This document shows positions 12,421 to 24,493 of a stretch of 64,000 nucleotides of DNA, one piece after another; the first letter of the stretch is position 1, and every line of letters begins with the position of its first letter. A program made the translations under genes and the position numbers. Under the pieces are notes generated by a model. That model saw only the letters and a program-made list of their open reading frames with translations, had not been told where the DNA came from and made no database searches. Origin of the DNA: Camelus ferus (lineage: Eukaryota); NCBI RefSeq assembly GCF_009834535.1, contig NC_045696.1, forward strand, positions 58,902,001-58,966,000. Reading direction: 5' to 3'.

Positions 12421-12712
12421 TGCGAAGATGAAGTAAATCACAGCACACAGCACCAGCAGGAGGCCTGGTCGCAGTCAGGAGCTCGGGCCCTGACCAGAGC
12501 TATTCTACAGTTCTGTACACAGCTCACCCCGACTGCCTCACCAGTCTGTGATCTCGAGAATGACTCGTTTACCAAAGCTTAAGCCAAATAAAATTTGGAA
12601 GGTGAAGCATCTCATAGCTGAATAAAACTGACTACTGATTTACTAGCCTCACCTCTCACCTCGGGGCACCTCATCTTCACACCAACCATCCAGTCCACCA
12701 CTCACCCTGACC

Positions 12713-12836
12713 TAGGGCACGCCTCATGGGTGTTAGAAGGACCCTACTCTTGGTTTAATGCTCTGCTGCCATCATCTTGAAATTCTTAATAATGTTTGCA
12801 CAAGTCACCCCACCTTTTAATTTTGCACTGGGCCCT
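12713..12836 (+). mobile_element. MER45A-like hAT DNA transposon remnant
   Basis: cttggtttaatgctctgctgccatcatcttgaaattcttaataat...ttttgcactgggccc matches the recalled MER45A consensus. Confidence 0.7.
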
Positions 12837-13587
12837 GTCCCCACCTGAGCCCCACGAGTTGGATCTAGGGCCCTCATGCCATTGACCTTCCAAGTTAAGG
12901 TTTCACATCACTCACATCCCTTTCCCCAAATCCATCATCATAAACAGTAATGCAAACCCTTCAGGAGCTGTTTTGACATTCAAGAGGCCTCTGCTTATGA
13001 CATCCACCCTGTCCCTGGAAACTAAATTTTGGAAAACAAAATCCACTGAAGTATTGCAAGGAAACCTTGCCATGGGGAGGGATGCCCTCGTGAAAATCTT
13101 CATTAAAAAAAAAAAGCTTTTTCAGTGTGAATTACCTCACCATAATCAACGTATTTGTGCTTTTGAGTCATAGGATTTTGTAGATGACATTGAAGTGCGT
13201 TAAAGCAAGATGCCGATTTATGTTTTGAGAAGGCGTAGAGATAATCATTCTCAGTCAGTCACAGCACAATGAGGGGAGGGTGGGACCTTACCAGTCCTGA
13301 GTCTGTGCTGTTAAATGCTACTCCTCTCCCCTCTCTGGGCCTTGGTGTCCCCTCATACACCAAGGGTGCTGGGCTAGAATTCCTAGGGGCTCCCAGCTTT
13401 CCCGTCTCTTTCCTAGTCCCATCAAGAAGCAGCCTGACTCTTGCTTGTCAGCTACATGCTTCCTTCTGTCTTTGCATTTTCCACTTGAAACCCAGGGGGA
13501 ACATCCTGCAGCATTCTGAAAGATTGCAGGAAAAGCAAACAACCCTGCTGTGGAATGCTGAAAGGTCTCCTTCTGTAAACCTCCTTT

Positions 13588-13597
13588 CCTAATTAGG
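13588..13597. promoter_or_regulatory. Consensus CArG box CCTAATTAGG (candidate SRF site)
   Basis: CC(A/T)6GG within the 14-bp palindrome TTCCTAATTAGGAA. Function not demonstrated. Confidence 0.35.
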
Positions 13598-13923
13598 AAC
13601 TGTAATCCTGCAAAGATAGGGCTTAATCTCTGTGATGTTCGGTAGGCTGGGGAGAGCCTCCTCGCCTCTGGCCTCTGGCAGTCCTCCTTCCTGGCAGCCC
13701 ATTCATCTCAAATACCCCGAGCCTCCTCTCCTGCCTGAGCGCCCCTAGCCTCCCCCTGATAAAGAGTACATCTCTAAAACAAAAGTTGCAAAATACGCAG
13801 AGCACAATAATGAAGACACTGTTCAAATTTTAGTTTCTTGGTAGTAGGATTTTGCAGAATTTTTTAAAAACTTTCTTTTTTGGACTTTATTGTTAGAATT
13901 TGCCTAACTATCCCGTATGGTTG

Positions 13924-14624
13924 TGAGACAGGGAGGGGACAGGGCACAGCCATTAAAGGAATAACACAGCAATTAACACCAGAATGGTGAAAGATTCAAC
14001 CCCTAGCAGGGCTTAAGGCTCAAGATGGAGGGAGATCTGACTTCTAGCAGACTGTTAGCTTCATTATACGGGTGTTGTAATATATTAACATGGTGAATAA
14101 CATGCCCACAGGCGCCATGATAGTCCCAAGGCTAGCCACAAGAGGTCAAAGAGTGGGAAATGGCCAACTTCCTGGGAATCCCAGCCCCTTCCCCAGGCTA
14201 GTTAGACTAGTCCTTCCACTTATTAGCATATGAAGCCACTAAGCCCATAAAAACTGGCAACACTGCGCTTTGTGGTACGCCAACTGTAATATATTAACAT
14301 GGTGAATAACAAGCCCACGGGCACCATCACAGTCCCAAGGCCGCAGCTCCCTCTCTCTCCCTCTTCAGAGACGGCCCCTCCTCTGTCTATGGAGTGTGTA
14401 CCTACTTTTACTCTAATCTGAGCCCCCAAACCCCACACCTCGTGGCCTTTCTCTCACCTTTTGACGTATCTCTAAATCAATCTACCTTTACTCAACTGTG
14501 GCTCGCTCTTGAATTCATTCCTGCTTGAAGCCAAGGACACACACTTGGTGGGGCATGTCCCAGGGGCTCAACCGAAGCCTGGGACATGGCCCTCCTCATG
14601 CCCCACATCGTTTTTCCTGCATCA
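13924..14624 (+). mobile_element. ERV1-class solo LTR, 701 bp, with 4-bp TSD GTTG
   Basis: TG...CA termini. GTTG at 13920-13923 and 14625-14628. TATA-like CATAAAA near 14247. U5-like gctcttgaattcattcctg...gccaagga. Confidence 0.85.
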
Positions 14625-14717
14625 GTTGGGTTGTTCAACTCAATCAACAGACATACTAACCTTAGCATTAAAAACGTGACTATTCACCTCTTTTCCTAGT
14701 CTTACCTAGTTTTTAAC

Positions 14718-15206
14718 TGAAGGGGATCAGTGTATACCACCCCAAAATATGAACTTGGGCTTAAGGATTGTCTTGAACTGAAGGCAGTTAACTCTTTGCC
14801 CTCCCAAAGGACAGAAATTTCTCTTTGTTAAGGTGACATAAAGTTCCATTTTTTCCATTTGTCCATTCTCTTACCAGGAAGGAGAAAAAGGCTCACCTGC
14901 ATATCAAACCAGGCTAAACAGTCTCTATTTAGCCTACATTTCCCAGTCATCTTATCACAATTTGCCCCCTCCAGAAGCTCCAAACCCCTTTTCCTTTCTC
15001 TAGTTATTTCTGTACAATTTATCTCTATTTGTTAAAATAGTAAGACCCAAATTTTAAATGTGCCTTGAGTCACATTTCTTTGTGAATTCCTATGCACATG
15101 TCCATAATGAAATCTGTTTTCATTAATCTATCTTCTGTCAGTTTGATTTGCAGGCCCCCAAGTACTGAACATAGGAAAGCAGAGGAAAGTTTTTTCCTCT
15201 CCCAAA
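14718..15206 (+). mobile_element. MER34-like ERV1 solo LTR with 4-bp TSD TAAC
   Basis: Starts tgaaggggatcagtgtataccaccccaaaatatg...gaactgaaggca and ends ttttcctctcccaaa, like MER34. TAAC at 14714-14717 and 15207-15210. Confidence 0.75.
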
Positions 15207-17249
15207 TAACCAATTTTGTGTCTCTTTTTACAAAATTGTAATCAGTGTGGGCAAGTTCTTGGATGCTCTTTTTCTTCACTTGACATTGTCTTTCACAAGT
15301 GTATACAGACTTCATGTTAATTTTTAATGGTCAGATGTTGGTCTTTGTGCTGATGAGTCACAAAGGGAATGGCTGCAAGGTGTTCAAATTTCTTAACTCT
15401 TAGTCTCTTACTGCAGCCTAACCTCACCAGGGAATCAGACGCAGGGGCCTGTTCTCCTTGCAGGACAGAACATCAGGAGAGAGAAGGCAGAAGTGCCTTT
15501 TGGACTACACTTTCTCTATAGTGTTTTTCAAGCAGCAGATGACCCCATGGCATGAACGGCCAGCAAAGGGGACCACACATCTGCCAGCAGAACTACTGAA
15601 GGCTTAGGAAGGGGTTAGTCATTTACCCCATTTTAGCCTTGAGATATTCATTCCCTGGTGTGGTGGGAAGATTGAGAGGGCTGGGCAGGTCCCACAGGAA
15701 GAGCTGGGTATTGTTTGGGCAGTGACCTGGGAAACAGATTCAGGGTTCAGTCATGTTAACCACAGCCCAAGTCCCTGCAGGTGGTGCCTGGGCCTGGTGT
15801 GGGTGTAGGGTGCCTGGAGGTAGCAGGAGCTGGAATCAGAGAGAATGTCTGGGCTCAGCAGCTGAGAGGGCAGGGGCAGCCCTGGGTGGAGCTACCAGAC
15901 CCCTCTGAAAAGCTGTGTAGACTCCAAACCCGAGTAGACTAGGGCCCTGATGCTTGGGCATTGGGACTTCTCCCCAGCTCATGGAGATGCTGTCCCCAGA
16001 AGGAGACTCCAGATGGGGATGGCCCTGGCTCTCTGGACCATGGTGCACGCTCACAAATGAGCTGAAATGGGAAGTCTGCTGCTGAGTCCAGCAGGGAGAT
16101 GGTAGGGAGGAGAAAGTATAGGCGAGGAGGCTTGGGAGAAGGGAGAGAGAGAAGGAATTCTGGAGCAGGGCTGAGGGAAGGGCACAAAGAAGGGTTCTGG
16201 TGTCCCCACAGGCAGTAAGGGAACACCAAGTCCTCAGGAAATGGGGGGAGGGAGATAGAAAAGGAGGTGGGGCTTAGAATGTCTTCACAATTGCACTGAA
16301 GTGTGGCCTGGAGTGCCCCATCCTCTCTCCTCCTGCCAGAAACCAAATGGAGAGTGCAAACACCAGGAGTCTCCAGCAGAGTCATGAAATCTATCTCCCT
16401 TCAGAATCGGGGTGAGAGGGTAGGGGCCCCACCACCCTGCCTGCTGCATCTCTGCCCTGTGTGGGAAACCCGGGCGGGCAGTGGGGCCAGGTCTCTGGAG
16501 CCAGGACAGGATCTGCCCTGATCTCTCTGAGGGTTTGAGAAGGAGTTCCTTCAGCAAAGTCAGAACAACCTACGGGACAAAGCTGGTCGCTTAGGAGGTG
16601 CTCACTAAATATGTGCTGAGTGATAAATCTGCTATCACCTGTACCCCCAACTCCCCATCTCTCACTGGCCCCACAAAGGAGATGGGGGGGTCCTCTGGTA
16701 CAAACACAGAAGGTGGCCCTGACAAGGACTGCCAGACAGACAGCCAAGCTCCAAAGAGAGGGACAGAGGGTGCAGGGGGCTTCCAGCAGTGGCCCCAGAA
16801 TTCTGCACAGCAGGGGCTGAGAGGAAGCAACTACCTGGTTCCAACTTCTGTTTTTCACACCACATGCTCTGCTGAGAGCCCTGCTTAGGGAGGGGGACTC
16901 CCAGATCTCAATCCCCACTGTAAGAGCAGTGGGAAAAGTCTCAGAGGGCAGATCAGCCCACAGTGGTGGGCGCAGGAGCCAGGACACTGGAGAGGCTGCG
17001 CAGGGCTGACCCGTTTCTGTCACCCCTGCTGCTCACCTGCCTCCCACACACACCTCTCCCCTGTTCTCACATCCCTGTCCAGATGCCTTCAAGCTGGTGC
17101 CCCATGCATCAAAAGTATTTTCTCTCCATTTCAAAATGCCCTTCCCTATTTCTAGGTCTTAGCCATAAAAGTAATCTAGCGAACAATGTAACATGCTATC
17201 CAAATTACTATGTTCCTCCACCTAAAAGAATTTTTATTTTAAAATAAAG

Positions 17250-17695
17250 TGCTTTTATGACCCAGTAATTCTAATTCTAGATTATACAGCCAACAGAAAT
17301 GCATAAAGATATTCACTGAAACACGTGCACCAGAATACTCACAATACCCTAAACTGGAATCTAGTCAAAAGCCCATCAACGCAGAATGGATCAATAACCT
17401 GGGTGATGGTCACACAGTGGAACACTACACAGCACTGACAATGAACAGCCTACAACCACACACAGTGATATGAATGGGGCTCACAAACAATATGGAGCAA
17501 AAGAAGTCAGACACGTCCTCCTGTATGATTTCGTTTATATAAAGTTCAAGAACAGGCGAACATGGTGCATGACATCAGAACGGGGATATGGTTACCCCTG
17601 GGGCAGTAACCTGAGCCGGGCACTGTGGGCCAGGTAGTGTGTGGTTTCTGGTCTGGGTAAAGGTGTGATCACTGTGCAGATTCACTGAGTGTCTA
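17250..17695 (+). mobile_element. Old L1M 3' region fragment (approximate ends)
   Basis: tatgacccagtaattctaattctag...gcccatcaacgcagaatggatcaataa...aaaagaagtcagacac...tgtatgatttcgtttatataaagttcaag are L1 3' motifs. Confidence 0.75.
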
Positions 17696-17719
17696 GACAC
17701 TGCTCTGACCCTGACCCAG

Positions 17720-17831
17720 AGGGAGATCAGTTGCCCTAGTTTGTCCAGGATGATCCTCACTTCAGCCCTGAAAGTCTCATATCCTGGGAAACCCGTCAGT
17801 GCTGGATGGGCTGGGACAGCTAGTCACCCTC
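17720..17831 (-). mobile_element. MER81-like hAT MITE
   Basis: Degenerate terminal inverted repeats agggagatcagttgccctagtttgtcc ... gggacagctagtcaccct, with internal gaaagtc...cctgggaaaccc. Confidence 0.65.
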
Positions 17832-18517
17832 TGGGACTGTAGGAAGTGGGCGGCCACATGGGCTTCCCTGATCCCAGAGACTTCAGTGCCAAATGAAGAG
17901 TGAATCCCTGCCACACCCCACTCCCAGGTTTGTTCTGAGGCTCAAACAAGAACTCACGTGAACATCCGTGGCCGCTATAATTCCTATCCTACCGCAGTGG
18001 GAAAGCCAATGGACACAGTAAGGCGAGTCTCCTTGATGGCTACAGGGGGACCCAGGGACCAAGCCGGTGCATAGGGCAGCTGCGTCTGAACAGAGGGCTG
18101 CTGACCAAAGACTGTCTCTCAAGAGTCAGGTGTCTCTCCCGGGGGAAGACCCGGCATGAGCACCACCCAGCCTGAGGCAGCCAGGAGAGGTTTCTCTCTA
18201 GACCCACGAACACAAGTAAAGGTAAATCACACGTAAGAGCCACATTCTTGCCCTTCTGATCAAAGGCCCCAGGCTGGAAGGCGTCAGGGATGGTAAGGGG
18301 CCCAGAATGGGGATCTTGGTGTGTGGAGCTGGACGCTCCTACAGAAGTGTGACATTGGGCTGGAAACGTCACCGGGAGCACAGGAGCAAGGAAGGGCAGC
18401 GGGGAAGGGGTGGGAGACTGCCATTCTCTGCCTCCGGTGGGCTCCCCATCAGGACCCACCCTGGCCCCTTCAATGTCAGGGCAGCCTGGGGACCCTTCTC
18501 CGCATGCCCGAGACTCA

Positions 18518-18664
<147 letters not shown>

Positions 18665-20149
18665 TCAATCACCAGAACATCCCCGAGCCAACCTGAGGCG
18701 AGCAGATGCCCAGGCGGGACACAGGCAAGACTGGCCCTCAGCTGCTCTTCCCTTGAAGGACAGCCTCCTCGTGGAACAAGTGCATCGCCACACCTCATGC
18801 TCACCTCAAATGTCTCGGGTGCGGTCGGGGGTGGGGGGAGAGTCCCTTACAGCCCTGCCCCAAACGGCCTTCCCTGTGTGTCTCTCCCATGAGTTCTCTG
18901 AGGTGGGGACTGTGACTTGTGCTTGACAGTGATCTTCCCATTCATTATGTCCTATGTACCCTGCTGCCTGCTTTACAAGGACTTTCCTATTTAATACTCT
19001 TGCTGGCCCTAAGTGGGAGGATTAGCCTCACCCCCCTGAGGAGGAAATGGAGGCCCAGGGAAGTGGAGTGATTTGCCCACCCAGTTAATGGAGGTCAGGA
19101 CCTAAACCCAGGTGGTCCGAATCCTGAGCCTGGTTCTACCAACTCCACTCCACCGCCTCTCCACGTGTACCCTCACGTCTCGCCTCCCAGGAGCTGCTGG
19201 GAGGTTAGTCGGGGAAAATCTTAACCCCATTGTGGTGCCTCTGAGCCATAAAGGACCAAAGATGTGGAGCAGTTTGCACATAGGTACCAGCTCCCGGAGG
19301 ATGCCATCAGCGAAGGGGGTGTACACCTTTGGCCTGTGGGGTGCATCTGGTCTTGTTTACCTACAGAGTCCACAGCAAATGTCCTAAGACAAAGCTTTTA
19401 ACACCATCAGACGTGGACACTCTGCTCCCACTCTAACCTGAGCCCTTCCTGCTCCATGTGAACCCTCACGTTCACTGGTGTCTCGTGGACACCACTGTCC
19501 CCACACAGCCTCTCACCAAGGGAGCCTGTGTGTTGTGTTCCTTAGGCTCCGACGCCGTCAGCTCCTGAGGCCGGCGGTGCCCTGCTGTTTGAACTGTCAG
19601 AGGTTCCTGCATGAGGCAGGCCCTGAAAACCAGCTGTTGCCCCCACACCAGGCCTCCAGCAGGAGAGAGTAGGCAGGTGTCTTCCTCAGCATCCGGGTGC
19701 GACCACCAGGCAAGCTGTGGCCTAGCAGGACCTCACTCCCTCACCTTCCTCCTTATGGCACACTTGGTCTCAACCAGGATGGGGTGTCCTGGGGGGAGAT
19801 TTACCAGGGGCATTCGCTCCCCGCTGGGCAGTGAAAGAAAGGCCAGCTCGTGCCAGCCCTCGGGACCCTTGTTGGCAGGGCAGTCGTCAGGAGGTGGAGG
19901 GTGAGGTCGTTTCCTCAGTAACTGAGACACCCCAAGAGCCACATGGGCGGGTGGATGTAGGCAGTGTGTGAGGCAGACGATCACCCACCAAAATGACTCC
20001 AGGGCTGGGAATGAAGCCCCAGCCTGCCTTCTCCATCACACCCTGCCCCCTGCAAGTGCAGGAACAGCGGAGATGCTTCAGAGAACCCGGAAGGGGACCC
20101 AGGTCCTGATTCCACCCCAGCTCATGGTGGGACTTGGTGGCCAAAGCTA

Positions 20150-20270
20150 CTGTAAGCCTCAGTTTCCTGGTCTAGAAACTGGGGCTCATAACTCTGCCCT
20201 GCCTACCTCCCGGGGTTGCTGTGAGAATCAAGTAAGTGAAAGTATGTGACAGTGCTCTGGAAGCTATAAT
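20150..20270 (+). mobile_element. MIR fragment (approximate ends)
   Basis: aagcctcagtttcctggtctagaaactgggg...cctacctcccggggttgctgtgagaatcaa. Confidence 0.65.
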
Positions 20271-20322
20271 AGAATGCAAATGCAAGGAGAAACCGTCATC
20301 AAAATGTTTTGTTGCTGAAGGA

Positions 20323-20422
20323 NNNNNNNNNNNNNNNNNNNNNNNNNNNNNNNNNNNNNNNNNNNNNNNNNNNNNNNNNNNNNNNNNNNNNNNNNNNNNN
20401 NNNNNNNNNNNNNNNNNNNNNN
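20323..20422. other. Assembly gap (100 N, placeholder size)
   Basis: Exactly 100 N. Confidence 0.99.
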
Positions 20423-21571
20423 TTGGAGATGATCTGTAGCTGAGCCTGACCCCTCCTGGACCTCCCTTCACTGGCACTGTGGCAGCCGCCTGCAGCTTTT
20501 AGAGAATGGCAGGGCTGCAAGGGCCCCCAGGTTGTCCACCTGGGTAATCTCGGCCCTCGAAAGCTAAGGCACCTTGTTTACCAAGAATACCCAGCTGGCA
20601 GAGCCAAAAGGAGATTCTAAAACGTCTCCAGACCCTCAGTCTGGGGGCCTGTTACATTCCAGGCTACGAGGCCGAATAAGATCAAGAATACATCTTGCTT
20701 AAGACCAAGCCGAGCATTATGAAGGGAAACTGCCCTTAAAAATCACGCAAGTTCCAAGTTCAGACAGTACTGGGGGACTACTGGGTGTCTGGGTTCTCTC
20801 TCCTTTGTTTTTCTTTTTTAAAGTTGTGCCAGAAAGTCAGATAGTCAGACAGTTGCACGAAGGAACTCATCTGGGTCGAGCTGCTCTCTCCTGCCAGAGC
20901 GGCCCCTCCCTCACTGCTCTGAAGCTGAGGCTAGGGGCTCTCTGAGTGTCACAAACCCCTGCACTGCTTTTTAAAACAGAATAATCATAGTGAGCCTTCA
21001 AAATAGCTAAACACCACTCATTTAAACTAACTGAGGGAAAGGCTCATTTTTATGATCATTTTTAAAACTGGAGTCCTAGACTATCTGAAAAAAAAAGGGG
21101 TTGTTTAAAGAACATACAAAAAGAGAAGCTTACTGCTAACGTTAAACTGGCTTTATTTAGCTGGCTGATACGTGGATGCTTCCAAAGTGCTTGAAACTGT
21201 CCAGAGTAGGCCAAATAATTCCTGTTTTGTCTCATTTACATTTTACATCTACTTCGTCAACCCTGATCCAATCATACGCAGATGTCCCTAGAGACGTGCA
21301 GGTAAATCTGGGCTTAATCCAGGTTTACTGGGGGCTGATTCTAAATCCACAGGCTCTGAATGAATGTGGCTTTGCTGTATCCATCAATGTGAGTCCTCAT
21401 TTTATTGAGCAGTTCTATTCTTAGCTCTCCGAGGGGGAGGCAGACAGAGAGCCCCTGCCCTCCATTCCATTCCCCTCCCAGGACCGGCATTTAACATGCT
21501 GCTCCTGCCAGCTGGCGGGCAGCCACACCAATGGCCCTGTCAGCACTGGCCGAGGAGAATGAGAAACTAAA

Positions 21572-21593
21572 CCATAAAAGGCCACAACTGCAG
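21572..21593. promoter_or_regulatory. CArG box CCATAAAAGG with adjacent E-box CAACTG (candidate enhancer)
   Basis: Same 10-mer and orientation as the telokin CArG, followed by CAACTGCAG as in the telokin promoter. Confidence 0.45.
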
Positions 21594-23355
21594 CCCGTGT
21601 GGTGGTGATGGGGGAGGGGAGCGGGTGGCACCATGCAGAGCGGCCCCAGTCGGGGCAGGGGGCACTGGTTGCAGCAAAGCAGTTGCAAGAAGTTGACCCC
21701 AAAGATCCCCCACTGTGGGCAGATGAGAGAGGGCGCCAAGGAAAGCTGGAAACCGATGCCTACTAACGGGTGGAGGTGTGGCGCCAAATCAGTGCTTCAG
21801 GTACAAGTCCAAGTGCAAAGGCAAACTAGATCACTAGCACCAAACCCTACCCCCCAAAATGTTCCTGATTCCTCGGGGGAACTGATTAAAATAAGCATCC
21901 GGAGCCACCAGAGAGAGATCTAAGGGAACAAGGGTCCCTCCTGGTTGTTACAGATGAGCAACCTACGCCCTGAGCACTTGGTCCGCTGGCCTTCCAGAGT
22001 TAAAACTCCTGACCTAAGGAGCCTAAAGAAAGATCAGTGAACACCAGGTGAAAGGCTTTGGTGTGCACCTCACATGAAGGCCCGTAAGTGCAGTAGGACT
22101 GGCCTGCCATCCATCTGCTGCTCCTTCCCTGTCCTGAACGCCTGCCACCTGGGGGGACAGCGGGCTGAGCACGACAGTGGGAGACCAGTTAGAAAGCTAG
22201 TTTGATATTTCAGGAGACAGTTGACCAGGGCATGAAAAACACACAGTGACTGGGATGGAGAGGAAAAAGTGAACCTGATAATCAGTCTGGAGACAGACTC
22301 TGAACTCAAAACTGGGATGGAGGAGACAAGAAAAAGGGAGTGGGTTTGGATTAGGAGGGCGCAGTGACCTCAGAAAGGTCACTCCAGCAGCCTAATGGGG
22401 CTTGGAAGCGAGGCCACAGGGAGCTGAAGATTGTTGCCAGGGAGGTGAAGAAGCAGACTCAACGCAGAGACTGACACTTTCAGAGGGTTTGGTCATGAAG
22501 ACAGAGCAAGAGAGAGGCAAGGGTGACCAAAGTGAGCCGCGATACTGCAGGAGTTATGCCTGCCTGCGTGCTTAGTGAAGATGGGAGAGCGCTGTCAACA
22601 TTTCTGGGAGAAATAGGGGGGGAAATTGAAGAGAAGAGGGGTCACGTGGAGCCCTCAAGAACTTGGGATCCAGAGCACAGAAGAAAGGTGGGCCACGCCT
22701 AGAGCCTGGAGGGTGGAGTCAGCAGGGGACAGGTAGAGAGACAATTGAAGGTTTGGGGCCACAAATATTTGTCATGGAAACAGGATGTCTCCTATTTCTC
22801 AGAGCGCTGAGAGGCCAAGGCCTGCAGGTGGGGCAGTCCGAGGAATGGCTACCACAGAGTGTGGGAGAGGGCCCTGACCTGCGCAGACGCCTCAGCTGAG
22901 CCTGGACATTGATGGAGTCCAGCACTGAGTCTATGGGTGGGTGTGATCTTCCTGCTGTAACCCCAAACTCAGGCACAGCAGCAATGAAGTTCAAAGGCAG
23001 CACTGATTCAAGGTGGGGGTTTGCAAGGGGCTGGGGTGGGGGCAGGTAGTGGAGCAGAGGGAGAGGGAGTCACAGGTGCTGGCTGGAGAGAGCCAGGGCA
23101 GCAGAGCTCAGGCTCTCCAAAGGCTGGAAAGGGAAGCCGGGAGGAGATTCATAGGAAGAGGAAAACGCTATGTGTGCAAGGTCTGAAATTCTCGACGAGC
23201 ACGCAGGGCAGCGACAGTGTGAGAGCCGGGAGCCAGAGAGCTGGGAGGATGGGAGGCTGTGGGCAGAGGGAACCCATGCTGAAGGAGCTGCCCCAGGAGG
23301 CGAGGTCCCAAGGTCCGGCGCCCCGCCCTCCGGGCCGCCCCATCCCGAGACTCAC

Positions 23356-23509
23356 CCACCACGGTGAGATTGACCTGGGCCTGCCTGCTGCCCAGCTTGT
23401 TCTCCACCAGCAGAGTGTAGCAGCCACAGTGCTCCTGGCACGCTGCCCGGATGGTGAGCTTGCTGCCGTTCTCGCTGTTCTCCACCTTGATATGCTCACT
23501 CTCCTGGAT
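23356..23509 (-). CDS. MYLK: MYLK exon (human exon 23 equivalent), second half of the Ig domain preceding Fn3
   Basis: 154 bp. Acceptor cctcag|ATCCAG, donor GTGG|gtgagt. Translates IQESEHIKVENSENGSKLTIRAACQEHCGCYTLLVENKLGSRQAQVNLTVV. Confidence 0.97.
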
Positions 23510-23860
23510 CTGAGGGCAGAGAGCGGGGCAGGCACTGGAGATGGAAGCCAGCAGAGGAGGGGGCTCTGACCCACAGTCCCCACTCCCTACGGGGTGCAGC
23601 TGCACAAGCTGTGTGGGGCTGGTCTTGTCTGGACTCTAAGGGCCCTCCTCTCCTGCACCCAGAGCCAAGCTGTCCTGACAGGGTCCAGGTCTGGGGCAGG
23701 CAGGGAGGTGCTGAGCAGGGTCTGGGGGTCAGGACACGAGCTATGCCTCCACTTGCTGCTCCAGACCTAAGTGAGGAACACACTGCTCTGGGATGAGATT
23801 GTGGGAGAAAACATTTGGTTAAAGTCACTTACAAAGCCCACCCAGCAGGTGTGGCTCTTT

Positions 23861-24493
23861 TGTGCTGTTAAATCCCAGTCACCAGCCACATGTGGCTATT
23901 TAAATTTTAATTAGTTGTGTGGAAACAACCCAAATATCCATGGACAGATGAACAGATAAACAAAATGTGGTATATCCAGACAATGGAGTATTATTTGGTC
24001 ATAAAAAGGAATGAAGTATGGTTCATGTTACAACATGGATGAGCCCCGAAAACATTATGCTAAGTAAAAAAACCCCAAACACAAAAGAACATATATAATT
24101 CCGCTTATATGAAATGTGCAGAACAGGAAAATCCACAGGGGCAGACAGTAGGCTGCCGGTTGCCAGGGTCTGTAGGGAGAGGAGAAATGGCTGCCAATGG
24201 GTCTGGGATTTCTTTTTGAGGTGATAAAAACCATTCCAGAATTAGAAAACTGTTATGGTTGCACAACCTTGTGAATACATGCACACTTTAAAAGGGTGAA
24301 TTTTATGGTGTATAAATTATATCAACAAAGCTGTTATGACAATTTTTAATTCATTGACATCTAAAATTCAGCTCCTCAGTTGCACTAGTCACACTTCATG
24401 TGATCAGTAGCCCCATGTGTTCAGTGGCCACCATACTGGATGACGGATATAGAACAGCTCCATCACTACAGAAAGTTCTGTTGGATGGAGCTG
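23861..24493 (-). mobile_element. MER3 (hAT-Charlie) element split by an L1 insertion
   Basis: agccacatgtggctatttaaattttaatt on the left and aaaattcagctcctcagttgcactagtcac...gatatagaac...cagaaagttctgttggat on the right are the two halves of MER3. Confidence 0.75.
23917..24338 (+). mobile_element. L1MB-like 3' end fragment nested in MER3
   Basis: tggaaacaacccaaatatccatggacagatgaacagataaacaaaatgtggtatatcc...ggtgaattttatggtgtataaattatatcaacaaagctgtt. Confidence 0.8.

Noticed and set aside
13924..15206. Two adjacent LTRs as the ends of one deleted provirus
   Set aside because: Their sequences are unrelated and each has its own distinct TSD.
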